A stretch of DNA of 63,944 bases, filler included, from Octopus bimaculoides (lineage: Eukaryota): assembly GCF_001194135.2 (NCBI RefSeq). It is 6 parts of 6 records of this genome, joined end to end, with 100 filler letters (N's around TTAATTAATTAA, not from the genome) between each part and the next. Parts side by side here need not be neighbours in the genome. Positions count along the whole stretch, not along the records: positions 1 to 31,600 come from NC_068998.1; positions 31,701 to 44,143 come from NW_026421161.1; 4 more parts are not named here. One strand, written 5' to 3'. The notes below the pieces were generated by a model. It saw nothing but the letters and a program-made list of their open reading frames with translations. It was not told the origin of the DNA and did not search any database. Positions 25,870-38,768 of the stretch are shown here, one piece after another. The position numbers were made by a program, and so were the translations under genes. The stretch's first letter is position 1. Each line of letters starts with the position of its first letter.

Positions 25870-26021
25870 TACATCTACATGTGTATATATATGCATATCA
25901 GGGTACAGGACGTTAGAACAATAAACTACAGACAACGGAACGAACACATAGGAAAACGGAAAGCCACTTGGAATATCCCTTCATCAGCTGTCTCTATTCT
26001 ATCTAGACGTTTCGAAGATAA
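25870..26021 (-). mobile_element. Penelope-type retro-tail with hammerhead-like motifs in permuted order
   Basis: Minus strand reads TATCTTC-GAAACGTC-18 nt-CTGATGA-AGGGATA; both ends abut TA-rich repeats. Confidence 0.45.
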
Positions 26022-27340
26022 TATATATATATATACAGATAGATAGAGAGAGAGAGAGACAGAGAGAGAGAGAGAGACAGAGAGATGGACAGACAGATAT
26101 AGATAATAGATAGATAGATAGATTGAGCAATGTTTGTAACAGACTATAACGTCATCTTAGAGCCAGTAACATCTTCTGACTCATAACTCCAGTATGAAGC
26201 GGACCTTTTTCGATAATTCAACCCACGAAATATTCTCTTGACTGTGTGTGAGAGAGAGAGAGAGAGACAAACAGAGATAGAGTGTGTGTGAGTGTATGCG
26301 TGTTTGCATGTGTGTGTATATACGTGCAAGTATTGATTCTCTTCTGCGTGCGAATATTAGTCGTTCATATTGACATCTGTGTGTGTGTGTGTGTGTGTGT
26401 GTTTGTGTGTCTATGTACATGTTAATGCGTGCTTGTGTGCGTGTATGTGCATGTGTAAATTTGAGCGTATGTGTAAATTTGAGCGTATGCACGTGTATCT
26501 TTTCACGTATACATGGATAAATTTACGTGTGTGTGAGTGTGTGTGTTTGTATCTGTATGTATATGAAATTTTGTGTGTACGTATGTGTATTTTTTCGTGT
26601 ATGCATGCGTATATTTATGCATGTGTGCGCCTCTTTGTGTGTATGAATGCGTGTAATCGTGAGCATATACGTATATCTTTGTATGTATGTATCCGTATCG
26701 CTCCCTGTTTGTGTGTGTGTGTGTGTGTATGCACATGCTTACACGCATAGTTGTATTCGCTTTTTCACGTGCTTACACGAGCACGTGCGCGCTTTTATAT
26801 GCGTATATGTCTGTACGTCCGTGTGCGCGCTTGCATGCTTCTTTTTTGAATATTATTCTTGTGTGTGCTGGTTCGTACGCATGCATTTGTGCATAACGTA
26901 CGCGTTTGTGCATGCGCATGCGTACACGTGATTGAATTCGTTTGTAGATTTAAAACAGCCCCTCAAGGTGTTTTGTGGAGTGGATGATAAATTAGAGAAA
27001 AATTGCACGTCATAGCCTCATCTATGGCTGTGTGGGGGCGGCTGGCGTGTGGAGGTGAGAGTGTGGGTGTGTGTGTGTGTGTGTGCGTGTGTGAGTGGGT
27101 GTATATATGTGTGTAACGTGCATTTGTGTCTGTATGGTATATGCGTGTGTGTGTGACTGTGTGTGTGTGCAGTGATGCATGGAGATGCATTGAGTTTCTT
27201 GAAAGCCTATTTGCATGCTAACATGCATCCAAGTTTCTCTACTTGGAGTTTGTGTGTGTGTGTGTATATATGAGTGTGTGTATATATATGTGTGTGTATA
27301 TATATATGTGTGTGTATGCATGTATGCTTGTGTCTGTATC

Positions 27341-27390
<50 letters not shown>

Positions 27391-28624
27391 TATATATATG
27401 TATGTATATATATGTATATATACGCACGCACACGCATGCATGCTCACACGTACATAATATACATACATATGTGTGTGTGCATGCGTGTGTGTGCGTGTGT
27501 GTGAACGTGCGTATGCGCATGCGTGTGTGTGTGTGTGTGTGTGTGCATTATATATTGTTTCTCTTAATACTTTCCTCTCTCCCTTCTCTTTTTGTCTTTC
27601 TGTCGCTCTTTCTCTCTCTCTCCCTGTAAACATACATAAGCGTATATGCATATGTGTATATATGTACACATATGCATATGTGTACCGAGAAAAGCGTATG
27701 TGTATGTACGTCCATATATAGATATATATGTATGTAAGTTTGTATGTATGCACGTATATATGTATGTGTCTGTCTGTATGTATGTATGTACGTATGTATA
27801 TATGTGTGTTTGTATGTAAGTATGTGTGTGTGAAACACGGCAAACTGCTGTTATCTTAATTTCATGTGTGTGTATATATATATATATACACGCCTATGAA
27901 GAGAGAGAGAGAGAGAGAGAGCAAGAGAGAGTGAGCGAGAGAGAAATAAAGAGAGACAGAGAGAGAAGGAGAAAATTCTGTTGCTATACGCGCAATACGT
28001 AATATCGCAGCATTTCGTCGTATATAACACAACGACTGTCTCCTTGTAATCTTCGAAGATCACGGCACCGTGTCTTCGTAATCGCCAACGATACCAAACG
28101 GTAACCAAACACGTCCATCACCGAGACAAGATAGATTGTATGTTGTCCTATAACAGTTGAAATATCGGCGTCCTATGTCTTATTGAACTTCAGTCACCTA
28201 TCTGACCAACAGAGTCACGCACTTCCTTTTTCCTCTGGCAGGTTTCGTATATCGGCGCCATTGAAGGGTAACTGGAATGCGTTGACATAAATCAGTGGGT
28301 CCCAATTTTTTTCAGTCTACCTCCCCCATGGCATCCAGGCCACGTTCCTAGCACCCCACCCAACTCCCCACCACAGACATGGACCATTTTCTACAACAAA
28401 TTAAAAACAAGCGTATTTCACAAATAAAACGTAAACCTAATTAATCCATTATTTTGTTGTTTTTATATCCCTCGTACCCGCCGCTCTTTGGCCACCCCAT
28501 CATTGACCCATTTTCCTTCAACGTATCCTGGATCATTCCGCCCCCCTTGGATCCCCCTTGGATCCCCCCTGGATCTTTCCACTCCACTGTATCTTTCCTC
28601 CAGTCCACCCAGTTCTCAAAAATG

Positions 28625-28812
28625 AGTAGTACCTGTAATTCAAAAGGGCCAACCTTGTTACACTCTGTGTTTCACTTATTCTCCCTGAGAATTGCATTAA
28701 GGGTACACATGTCTGTGGAGTACTCAGCCACTTGCACGTTCATTTCACGATCAGGCTGTTCTGTTGATAGGATCAACTGGAACCCTCGTCGTCGACGTAA
28801 CTGATGCAATGC
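28625..28812 (+). mobile_element. SINE family B, 3' part, diverged
   Basis: CCTGTAATTCAAAAGGGCCAACCTTG...GGAACCCTCGTCGTCG. Confidence 0.8.
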
Positions 28813-29203
28813 CAGTTTTAATTCTTCTACAGCGGATATTAGATATATCCTCTCAAAATTTCATTATCATCAACTGCAGCAAGTAGTTTTATACAACAAT
28901 CTATCTTTTGTTGAAGAATATCAAGTTTGAAACTATTTTCTGTTGAGATATGCAAAGTTTATTGCAGAAAATTCCAGCTCTATTTCTGGAAGATATTTAA
29001 CATTATTACTGAAATAAACAGGAAATTTAATTTCGCAGTTAAAGATTTGAAACACATTTTCCACTCACAGTTTAATCATCTGTATTATCAAAAAATTACA
29101 ATTAGTTGTTTATATTTGTGTTATCTCTCTTGACTGTTGTTAGATTTTAAACAACGCTAGAGGCAGTTTTTTTGTCAGTGACTGCATGAATAATCCCATT
29201 ATA

Positions 29204-29383
29204 CGGGGGTGGGATTTGCTGAAAAATTCCTGGCTTTAAGGGTATCGCGAAAGGCCTAGTAGGAGGCCCAAACATCCCAGTTCTTTCTCATGGCTTAGAA
29301 AAACTGAAGGACCGATGCAATAATTGTGCGAATCTGAGAGGGAAATATGTTGAATAACCCAGAAACTTTTCAGCACTTCTTCG
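29204..29383 (+). mobile_element. Mariner-derived MITE
   Basis: Degenerate TIRs (GCTGAAAAATTCCTGG / CCAGAAACTTTTCAGC). The interior retains a mariner C-terminal remnant GLEKLKDRCNNCANLRGKYVE*. Confidence 0.7.
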
Positions 29384-30573
29384 TTTAATAGATGAAATAC
29401 TCTACAATAGCGATCCAAAAGCTGGCAAATATCAGCCCTGTTCACATATATAAGTGAAATCTCGCCCCCACCCCATTATGAATGTGAGCTCAAAATAAGA
29501 TTTGTCACCATATAACTATTAATATTAATGAAAACTCAATATCTCCATATTAATATTAATGAGAACACAATATTAATATTAATCAGAACCTTCTCTCTTC
29601 GCCATGGTGTAGGTTTTAGCCTTAGCTCTTGCATAATAGACCTAGTAAGGCATCACTCGGTTTTAAGGATAGACACGTACATCGTTCCAGATCTTATGTG
29701 AAGGTGGCACGGCATGCCTTGTTGTGTCCTCTCCTCTTCCTTCGTCCCTTTGTTAGTACCCATTGTATAGTTGTCTTGGGCACTCATTCCTCTGGCAGTT
29801 AAAAAAACATGACCTGCAAATCTCTCTCTTCTTTTGCTGTTATTTGTGAAGAGAGGATTGTTTTACCTATTTACATCCTTACGCTTAAGTAGAATTATTC
29901 ACCGATACTTGACCAACGCACGAAATCGAAACTGGCATTTTAGTAACATGTCAGTTTCGTTCCTGTTCTATGTACTCGTGTTACCAAAAGCATATTCAGA
30001 CTCTCTCGCAAGCCTTGCACAAGTGACCCAGATCAATATTTAAGACCTGAAGCCGAACGGAGAAAAAGTTAAGGCCCAGGACCTACACTAATATTTTCTT
30101 TAATTCACCCCCGGCCAGATGAAAGGCAAAACTGATCACTGACGGATGTAGACCCAGACCTTGAATCAGAATAAACAAAGCAAGGCATATTTGTCTGATG
30201 CTTTAACGACTCTGATAATGCAACGCCTTATGTGTCTGTCTATGTGTCTACAAACATACAGATACATACATACGCACGCACACATATGCACACTCACACA
30301 CGCCAATATTTATCTTCTAAAGCTAAAATTCCAAACCAACCATTCAACACACATGCACACACATACACACACATACACACACACGCACACACACATACAT
30401 ACGCACACACACACACACGCACACACACACACACACACAAAGGCACACACGCGCGCGCATGTATACATCTATATATACACATGCATGTATTTATGCGTAT
30501 ATACACGTGAGCGTTTGTGAATAGGTGCACGTATATATAAGTTCATATATGTTTATGTATGTGTGTGCGCGCG

Positions 30574-30617
<44 letters not shown>

Positions 30618-30655
30618 NNNNNNNNNNNNNNNNNNNNNNNNNNNNNNNNNNNNNN

Positions 30656-30700
<45 letters not shown>

Positions 30701-31546
30701 GCGCACTTTTTAAAATAACAGATCGATAAAAACAAATGTACAGTAAGAATAACAATAACAGCAAGAACAACAACAACAGAAAATAAGACGGAAAATATTA
30801 AAAAAAAATATCTCAGAAAAAAACAGAGCAGAAACAAAAATAACAACGAAGCTATAATATAAACGATAACAAAATATATATATAAAAATAAGCAAAAACA
30901 AACAAAGCAAGAAAAGAAGAAAGAAAGACGAATAAAGTTCTTGCTAAAGGATTAAACGATATTGAATCTAACACCGGAAGCCACTTTAAAATTACCCTAA
31001 AATTTGCCAAATCCTAAATAAATAATGAAATCCATAAACGAATAAAATGGCTGCCTATTTCCTGTTGGTTCTCTTATCTAACACAGCTTCATGACGTGTG
31101 CGTTTGTTAGAAGAAAAATGACGGCCTTACATTCTCTGTATGACATGAACTCCTAATACTGTATGCACTGCGTTCACCTAACTTTACGCTTCTGTTTAGA
31201 TTGATCTTTTATGCTATGTTCTTGTTTTCTTCCGATAGAATTCCTGCATGTGTGGTGGTGGTGGTGGTAATGGATGGATGATGGCTGTGTGTGTGTGTGT
31301 CTATGTGCATGGTGTGTTATGTGGTGTTGTATGTATGACGTGTGTACGTGTGTGTGGAATGAGGTGACATAGTAAATAACAAGGAAAAAAAATGTAAAGA
31401 AAGACACAATGATAAATGCATGTATGTTATCGATGCATATATATTATCTAATTATATGTATGTTTTTATATATGCATATTATATCAATGTATGTATGCAT
31501 GCTTGTATGTTTATATGCATATATATGTCAATTTATGTATGTATAA

Positions 31547-31600
<54 letters not shown>

Positions 31601-31644
31601 NNNNNNNNNNNNNNNNNNNNNNNNNNNNNNNNNNNNNNNNNNNN

Positions 31645-31656
31645 TTAATTAATTAA
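31645..31656. other. Assembly linker TTAATTAATTAA inside a 100-nt gap (also 44188-44199, 46089-46100, 48397-48408, 62854-62865)
   Basis: The same 12-mer is centred in five N runs and gives stops in all six frames, so it is a scaffolding artefact. Confidence 0.95.
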
Positions 31657-32066
31657 NNNNNNNNNNNNNNNNNNNNNNNNNNNNNNNNNNNNNNNNNNNN
31701 TATATACTCGTACACAAATTTATGCGGATGTAAACATGCATATGCTTACATGCATAGGTGTATGTTTGTATATAATTAAACACACACACATACATACATA
31801 TATATAGATATAATTTCACACACTACCATATACATACAGATTTAGACATAACTACACACAGATATACAATTGCAAAGGTATACGGAAGCATGCACCCTCA
31901 TCCTCCTACATACACAGACGCTTATCTGATATTGACCAATCGAAGTCGTCCACAATGAAAGCATTGAATGTTAAACACAGCCTGTGATTTTATGTATTAC
32001 ATCTTTTTCAATCCCGTTCTCTTTGTCAAGCAATCCTGTATACTTTGTATATGATGAAAGCATCGT

Positions 32067-32339
32067 GGAGGCGCTACGGCCCAGTGGTTAGGGCAGCGAA
32101 CTCGCTGTCATAGGATCGCGGTTTCGATCCCCAGACCGGGCGTTGTGAGTGTTTATTGAGCGAAAACACCTAAAGCTCCACGAGACTCCGGCAGGGGATG
32201 GTGGTGAACCCTGCTGTACTCTTCCACCATAACTTTCTCTCACTCTTACTTCCTGTTTCTGTTGGGCCTGTAATTCAAAGGGTCAGCCTTGTCACACTGT
32301 GTCACGCTGAATCTCTCCCGAGAACTACGTTAAGGGTAC
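32067..32339 (+). mobile_element. SINE family B with complete tRNA-like head, 3' end in gap
   Basis: GGAGGCGCTACGGCCCAGTGGTTAGGGCAGCG (A-box) ... GGTTTCGATCCC (B-box). Confidence 0.9.
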
Positions 32340-33324
32340 NNNNNNNNNNNNNNNNNNNNNNNNNNNNNNNNNNNNNNNNNNNNNNNNNNNNNNNNNNNNN
32401 NNNNNNNNNNNNNNNNNNNNNNNNNNNNNNNNNNNNNNNNNNNNNNNNNNNNNNNNNNNNNNNNNNNNNNNNNNNNNNNNNNNNNNNNNNNNNNNNNNNN
32501 NNNNNNNNNNNNNNNNNNNNNNNNNNNNNNNNNNNNNNNNNNNNNNNNNNNNNNNNNNNNNNNNNNNNNNNNNNNNNNNNNNNNNNNNNNNNNNNNNNNN
32601 NNNNNNNNNNNNNNNNNNNNNNNNNNNNNNNNNNNNNNNNNNNNNNNNNNNNNNNNNNNNNNNNNNNNNNNNNNNNNNNNNNNNNNNNNNNNNNNNNNNN
32701 NNNNNNNNNNNNNNNNNNNNNNNNNNNNNNNNNNNNNNNNNNNNNNNNNNNNNNNNNNNNNNNNNNNNNNNNNNNNNNNNNNNNNNNNNNNNNNNNNNNN
32801 NNNNNNNNNNNNNNNNNNNNNNNNNNNNNNNNNNNNNNNNNNNNNNNNNNNNNNNNNNNNNNNNNNNNNNNNNNNNNNNNNNNNNNNNNNNNNNNNNNNN
32901 NNNNNNNNNNNNNNNNNNNNNNNNNNNNNNNNNNNNNNNNNNNNNNNNNNNNNNNNNNNNNNNNNNNNNNNNNNNNNNNNNNNNNNNNNNNNNNNNNNNN
33001 NNNNNNNNNNNNNNNNNNNNNNNNNNNNNNNNNNNNNNNNNNNNNNNNNNNNNNNNNNNNNNNNNNNNNNNNNNNNNNNNNNNNNNNNNNNNNNNNNNNN
33101 NNNNNNNNNNNNNNNNNNNNNNNNNNNNNNNNNNNNNNNNNNNNNNNNNNNNNNNNNNNNTGTGTGTGTGTGTGTGTATTTGTCTTTTGGTGATGATCTA
33201 TAGATTAGCATTGTTCTTTTCCTCTTTCTCCTTTAATTTTGTTCTTTTTTATCTTCGGTATCCTCACCATGGCTGCAGTCCAATGACTGAATTCAATAAA
33301 ACGAAACCTAATATAAAATGAAGT

Positions 33325-33545
33325 GAAGGCGGTGTGGTGGCAGAGTCGCTAACACTCCGGAGGATAATGCTTAGCAGCATTTCGTCTGTCATTACGTTCT
33401 GAGTTCAAATTCCGCCGAAGCCCACTTTGCCTTTTTATCCTTTCGGAGTCAATAAAATAAGTACCAGTTATACACTGAGGTCTAGGTAATCGACTTACCC
33501 CAACCTCGAAATTGCTGGCCTTGTGACAAAGTTTGAAATCAATAT
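33325..33545 (+). mobile_element. SINE family A, full length
   Basis: GGCGG..TGGCAGAGTCG...GAGTTCAAATTCCGCCGA...AAGTACCAGT...TTTGAAATCAAT. Confidence 0.85.
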
Positions 33546-33749
33546 AAAAAGTGTTAAGATACTCAGAAGTTAAGGGCTGAAGTACTTGGCTGAGTCGGGT
33601 TTTTTTTTTCGAAGACCTGCTGTTCAGTTTTCTTGAGAATTTCTCACCGCGTCTTTGGTCGATCAAATCGATCCCCATATATATTGTGTGGGGTCTGCTT
33701 TCATTGCTTTTCGTCTTTTCACGAATCAGTAAGTCATGGAGCTGTTTAT

Positions 33750-33995
33750 ATACATATACGACGGACTTCATTCAGTTTCCGTCTCCCAAATTAACTCACA
33801 AGTCTTTGATGGGCCCCGAGTAGAAGCCACTTGCCTCAGTGAAGATACATGCCTAGTAGAAGACACTTGACGCCAGGACTTATTCTTCGTAAGCCTAGAA
33901 CATATTTTATCTGACTATTCTGTCGAACCGCTAGATTACGAGAACGTAAGCACAGCAACACCAGTTGTCAAGTGATAGTGGGCGGGACAAACACA
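33750..33995 (-). mobile_element. SINE family C composite fragment, duplicated across the gap at 34993-35200
   Basis: Head-proximal and tail segments of family C. The second copy is identical. Confidence 0.75.
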
Positions 33996-34001
33996 CACAT
34001 A

Positions 34002-34056
<55 letters not shown>

Positions 34057-35209
34057 NNNNNNNNNNNNNNNNNNNNNNNNNNNNNNNNNNNNNNNNNNNN
34101 NNNNNNNNNNNNNNNNNNNNNNNNNNNNNNNNNNNNNNNNNNNNNNNNNNNNNNNNNNNNNNNNNNNNNNNNNNNNNNNNNNNNNNNNNNNNNNNNNNNN
34201 NNNNNNNNNNNNNNNNNNNNNNNNNNNNNNNNNNNNNNNNNNNNNNNNNNNNNNNNNNNNNNNNNNNNNNNNNNNNNNNNNNNNNNNNNNNNNNNNNNNN
34301 NNNNNNNNNNNNNNNNNNNNNNNNNNNNNNNNNNNNNNNNNNNNNNNNNNNNNNNNNNNNNNNNNNNNNNNNNNNNNNNNNNNNNNNNNNNNNNNNNNNN
34401 NNNNNNNNNNNNNNNNNNNNNNNNNNNNNNNNNNNNNNNNNNNNNNNNNNNNNNNNNNNNNNNNNNNNNNNNNNNNNNNNNNNNNNNNNNNNNNNNNNNN
34501 NNNNNNNNNNNNNNNNNNNNNNNNNNNNNNNNNNNNNNNNNNNNNNNNNNNNNNNNNNNNNNNNNNNNNNNNNNNNNNNNNNNNNNNNNNNNNNNNNNNN
34601 NNNNNNNNNNNNNNNNNNNNNNNNNNNNNNNNNNNNNNNNNNNNNNNNNNNNNNNNNNNNNNNNNNNNNNNNNNNNNNNNNNNNNNNNNNNNNNNNNNNN
34701 NNNNNNNNNNNNNNNNNNNNNNNNNNNNNNNNNNNNNNNNNNNNNNNNNNNNNNNNNNNNNNNNNNNNNNNNNNNNNNNNNNNNNNNNNNNNNNNNNNNN
34801 NNNNNNNNNNNNNNNNNNNNNNNNNNNNNNNNNNNNNNNNNNNNNNNNNNNNNNNNNNNNNNNNNNNNNNNNNNNNNNNNNNNNNNNNNNNNNNNNNNNN
34901 NNNNNNNNNNNNNNNNNNNNNNNNNNNNNNNNNNNNNNNNNNNNNNNNNNNNNNNNNNNNNNNNNNNNNNNNNNNNNNNNNNNNNNNNNNNNCCCAAATT
35001 AACTCACAAGTCTTTGATGGGCCCCGAGTAGAAGCCACTTGCCTCAGTGAAGATACATGCCTAGTAGAAGACACTTGACGCCAGGACTTATTCTTCGTAA
35101 GCCTAGAACATATTTTATCTGACTATTCTGTCGAACCGCTAGATTACGAGAACGTAAGCACAGCAACACCAGTTGTCAAGTGATAGTGGGCGGGACAAAC
35201 ACACACATA

Positions 35210-35248
<39 letters not shown>

Positions 35249-35840
35249 TATATGTATGCACCTTGTCGTCTGACTTTCTCTCTCTCTCTCTCTGACATTG
35301 TCTTTCATTCCCACCATTTCGCTATTTCTCCCCCCACCCCTCTCTGCCTAATTCTTTATTTTCTCTCCTACCTCTCCCTCTCATTTTCGCTATCTCTTAC
35401 GTCGTCTTCACCATTACTATTTCACTATGTCTATCCTTCGCTTCTCTTTCTTTACCCCTTCCCCTCTCTACTCCTCTCGTTTTGTTCCACTCCTTCCTCT
35501 CTTCTCTCTACTCCTCCCACCTCTCTCTCAATTCTGTCTCTGCTAATTTACTAGGTCTTATCTTTGCTTGTTATCAAATATATTAAATATAGATTTAATA
35601 TTTCTTTTATTACGAAGTATTTAGTTGTATTGGAAAGAGACTAAGCAGGATAATAAAAGAGAAAGAGGAAGAAGAGGAGAGAGAGGGGAAGCGAGAAAGC
35701 GTGGGAGAGAGAGAGAGAGAGGAGGAAGAAGAAGAGAGAGTGAGAGAGAGAAGAAGAAGAATGAATAGAGAGTAAGCGAGAAAAAGAGGAACTGAGAAAG
35801 AGGGAGAGAGCGAGAGGGGAAGTTAGAAAGAGTGAGAGAG

Positions 35841-35960
35841 AGAGAAAGATGAATAGAGAGAGAGAAAGATGAATAGAGAGAGAGAAAGATGAATAGAGAG
35901 AGAGAAAGATGAATAGAGAGAGAGAAAGATGAATAGAGAGAGAGAAAGATGAATAGAGAG
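35841..35960 (+). repeat. 20-bp minisatellite x6 (AGAGAAAGATGAATAGAGAG) in a long purine tract
   Basis: Six identical units within the polypurine region 35640-36145. Confidence 0.95.
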
Positions 35961-36316
35961 AGAGAAAGTGAGAGAGAAAGAGTAGAGAGAGAGTAAGCGC
36001 GAAAGAGAGGAAGTGAGAAAGAGTGAGACAGCGAGAGGGGAAGTGCGAAAGAGTGAGAGAGAGAAAGAAAAATAGAGAGAAAGAGGAAGTGAGAGAGAAA
36101 GAGGAAGCAAGAGAGAGAGAGAGAGGGGGGGGGTAAAGAAAGGGAAATGTGTTGGTTTCAAATTTTGGCACAGAGCCAACAATTAACAAATTTTTACTTA
36201 ATAAGCTTTGCACTTCCCAAGGGTATTAAAACGTCACATGAGTAATANNNNNNNNNNNNNNNNNNNNNNNNNNNNNNNNNNNNNNACGAACACAGAACCC
36301 ACACCTTGTGTGTGTG

Positions 36317-36679
36317 TTGGCACTCCGTCGCTTACGACGACGAGGGTTCCAGTTGATCCGATCAACGGAACAGCCTACTCGTGAAATTAACGTGCAAGTG
36401 GCTGAGCACTCCACAGACACGTGTACCCTTAACGTAGTTCTCGGGGATATTCAGCGTGACAGAGAGTGTGACAAAGCTGACCTTTTGAATTACAGGCACA
36501 ACAGAAACAGGAAGTAAGAGTGAGAGAAAGTTGTTGTGGAAGAGTACAGCAGGGTTCGCCGCCATCCCCTGCCGGAGCCTCGTGGAGCTTTTAGGTGTTT
36601 TCGCTCAATAAACACAACGCCCGGTCTGGGCATCGAAACCGCGAGTCCGCTGCCCTAACCACTGGGTCATTGCGCCTCC
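36317..36679 (-). mobile_element. SINE family B, full length
   Basis: Reverse complement runs from GGAGGCGCAATGACCCAGTGG to GACGGAGTGCCAA. Confidence 0.92.
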
Positions 36680-37212
36680 GCCTAACATAACATACACCGC
36701 GAAACAGGACATTTTCCGCTTATTAGTATCAGCTTATTTCTGATTGGCTGAAGCTCTGGTCTTCTGCACATTGCGACAAGAATTCAAGTAGAGATAGATG
36801 TTTCTGCATGTTTTTGATAACGAAATGAATCAGCAAATCCAGAGAAAAAATATGAACGGATTAAAAAGAAAACGACTGCAATATTTATTATATATAAATA
36901 ACATCATAATGTGATAATATATTGTATTAGAGCGGAGTTTATGCTGTAATATTGTGTGGGTTTTAGAGCGTGGTAGTGCAGAGGGCAGAAGAGGAGAGAA
37001 GACTGTGCATTAAACTTTATATAGACAAAGCAAAAAACATAGACGCTCGCTCACACACGTACGTACACGACATACACACACACACACAAAAAAAAAAAAA
37101 TTAAGCACTGTCATATACGTATGTATACACTTTGCACAGGATTAGAATCGCCGCCTCCTCCTCCACACACAAACAAATGAACATACACATTCAAATATAC
37201 ATTTTTCACATT

Positions 37213-37251
<39 letters not shown>

Positions 37252-37377
37252 GAACACCCACACTCTTACACATACATTCACATACATAAACAGATGAACA
37301 TACACATTCAAATATACATTTTTTCACACTTAGAAGTGTATGCATATATATGGACACACACAGGCACACACGTATAT

Positions 37378-37670
37378 ACTCTTTTACTCTTTTACTTGTT
37401 TCAGTCATTTGACTGCAGCCATGCTGGAGCACCGCCTTTAGTCGAGCAAATCGACCCCAGAACTTATTCTTTGGAAGCCTAGTACTTATTCTACCAGTCT
37501 CTTTTGCTGAACCGCTAAGTTACGGGGACGTAAACACACCAGCATCGGTTGTCAAGCGACGTTGGGGGGACAAACACAGACACACAAACATATACACACA
37601 CATACATATATATACATATATGCAACGGGCTTCTTTCAGTTTCCGTCTGCCAAATCCACTTCACTTTGCA
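37378..37670 (-). mobile_element. SINE family C (tail, internal microsatellite and head-proximal segment)
   Basis: Links the GACGGAAACTGAAAGAAGCCCG segment to the 3' tail through a (TA)/(TG) tract, showing that the head and tail pieces belong to one family. Confidence 0.88.
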
Positions 37671-37679
37671 TTTCACAAG

Positions 37680-37980
37680 TCCCTAATGTGCTTCATCACC
37701 AGCCTCTGGACATTGCTGCCCAGAGGTTTTCACAAGACTCACAAGACCGGTTTCCGACCAGTTTATCTGGTGTATGGGCGACTGAAATTACTACAATCTC
37801 CCTGAAGGGGGAAACCAGTCTGTCGCAGGGTCACTCCTTTGCAGCTTAGCGGACTGGAGCCACAAGAAATGAAACGTTTTTTCTTAAAAAACACAACGCC
37901 ACCCCCCGGTTCAGGAATCGAAACCGCGATCCTATGACAGCGAGTCCGGTGTCCTAACCACTGGGCTATTGCGCTTCCAG
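37680..37980 (-). mobile_element. tRNA-derived SINE, family E (family-B-like head, different body)
   Basis: Head GGAAGCGCAATAGCCCAGTGGTTAGG...GGTTTCGATTCC followed by a body unrelated to family B. Confidence 0.65.
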
Positions 37981-38583
37981 GCCATCCACTTTATCCACGT
38001 ATAAAAGCGCATAAATTCATAAATAATTTTTTTTTTTTTTAGTGTTTCCTCTCATTAGAATAGCGGAAAGCTTTAACCAAATCTGAGTGCATCGTATTAT
38101 GCCAAATATCTATTTCCATTTCTTTAAAATTCATTCATCGATTTCACTGATGAGAAACGGGCCATTCTGGATCACCTGGTTCTTGGGATTATGGTCGAAG
38201 ACACTTACTGAAAGTGTTGCGCAGTGGAACAGAACCCGAATACGCTTGGTTGCTAAGCTAGCTTCTTAAGCATATAGCCATTCCAGAAGATATAATGCAT
38301 ATAGAAAACAAAGACAAAAAAGACACAAAAAAAAACAAAACAACAAAAGAACAAAACCGAGTGACTCTGGTTTTGTGACCTCAGAACAAAACAATAAAAC
38401 CAAGGATATCAGAACGGTCGTTATTCTTGTTCTCGTTCTTCTCAATATCTTTCGTCCAATTCCGTTCTAGACAACAATTCTTTCGCCAAACTGAAATATT
38501 GTCAGTAAACACTCAAACAAAGGCAACCTCTGGAAATCTTGCCAATTCTTAGATTAAAAGAGTTTTACGGAGAACCGGTACTT

Positions 38584-38635
<52 letters not shown>

Positions 38636-38703
38636 TAGTTGGGTGTATGTGTGTATGTAGATGCGTGTGTATGGATACATATATACATATAGATGTGTGC
38701 ATC

Positions 38704-38768
<65 letters not shown>

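Noticed and set aside
28240-28275. Plus-strand 26-nt micro-exon (ctggcag|…AAGG|gtaact)
   Set aside because: No partner exons were found on the plus strand, and such sites arise by chance.
32067-32140. tRNA genes at the A-box/B-box heads
   Set aside because: Every head continues into a SINE body and lacks a full cloverleaf.
38360-38500. Minus-strand signal-peptide-like stretch ITTVLISLVLLFCSEV
   Set aside because: There is no in-frame ATG after the upstream stop, and the donor is weak.
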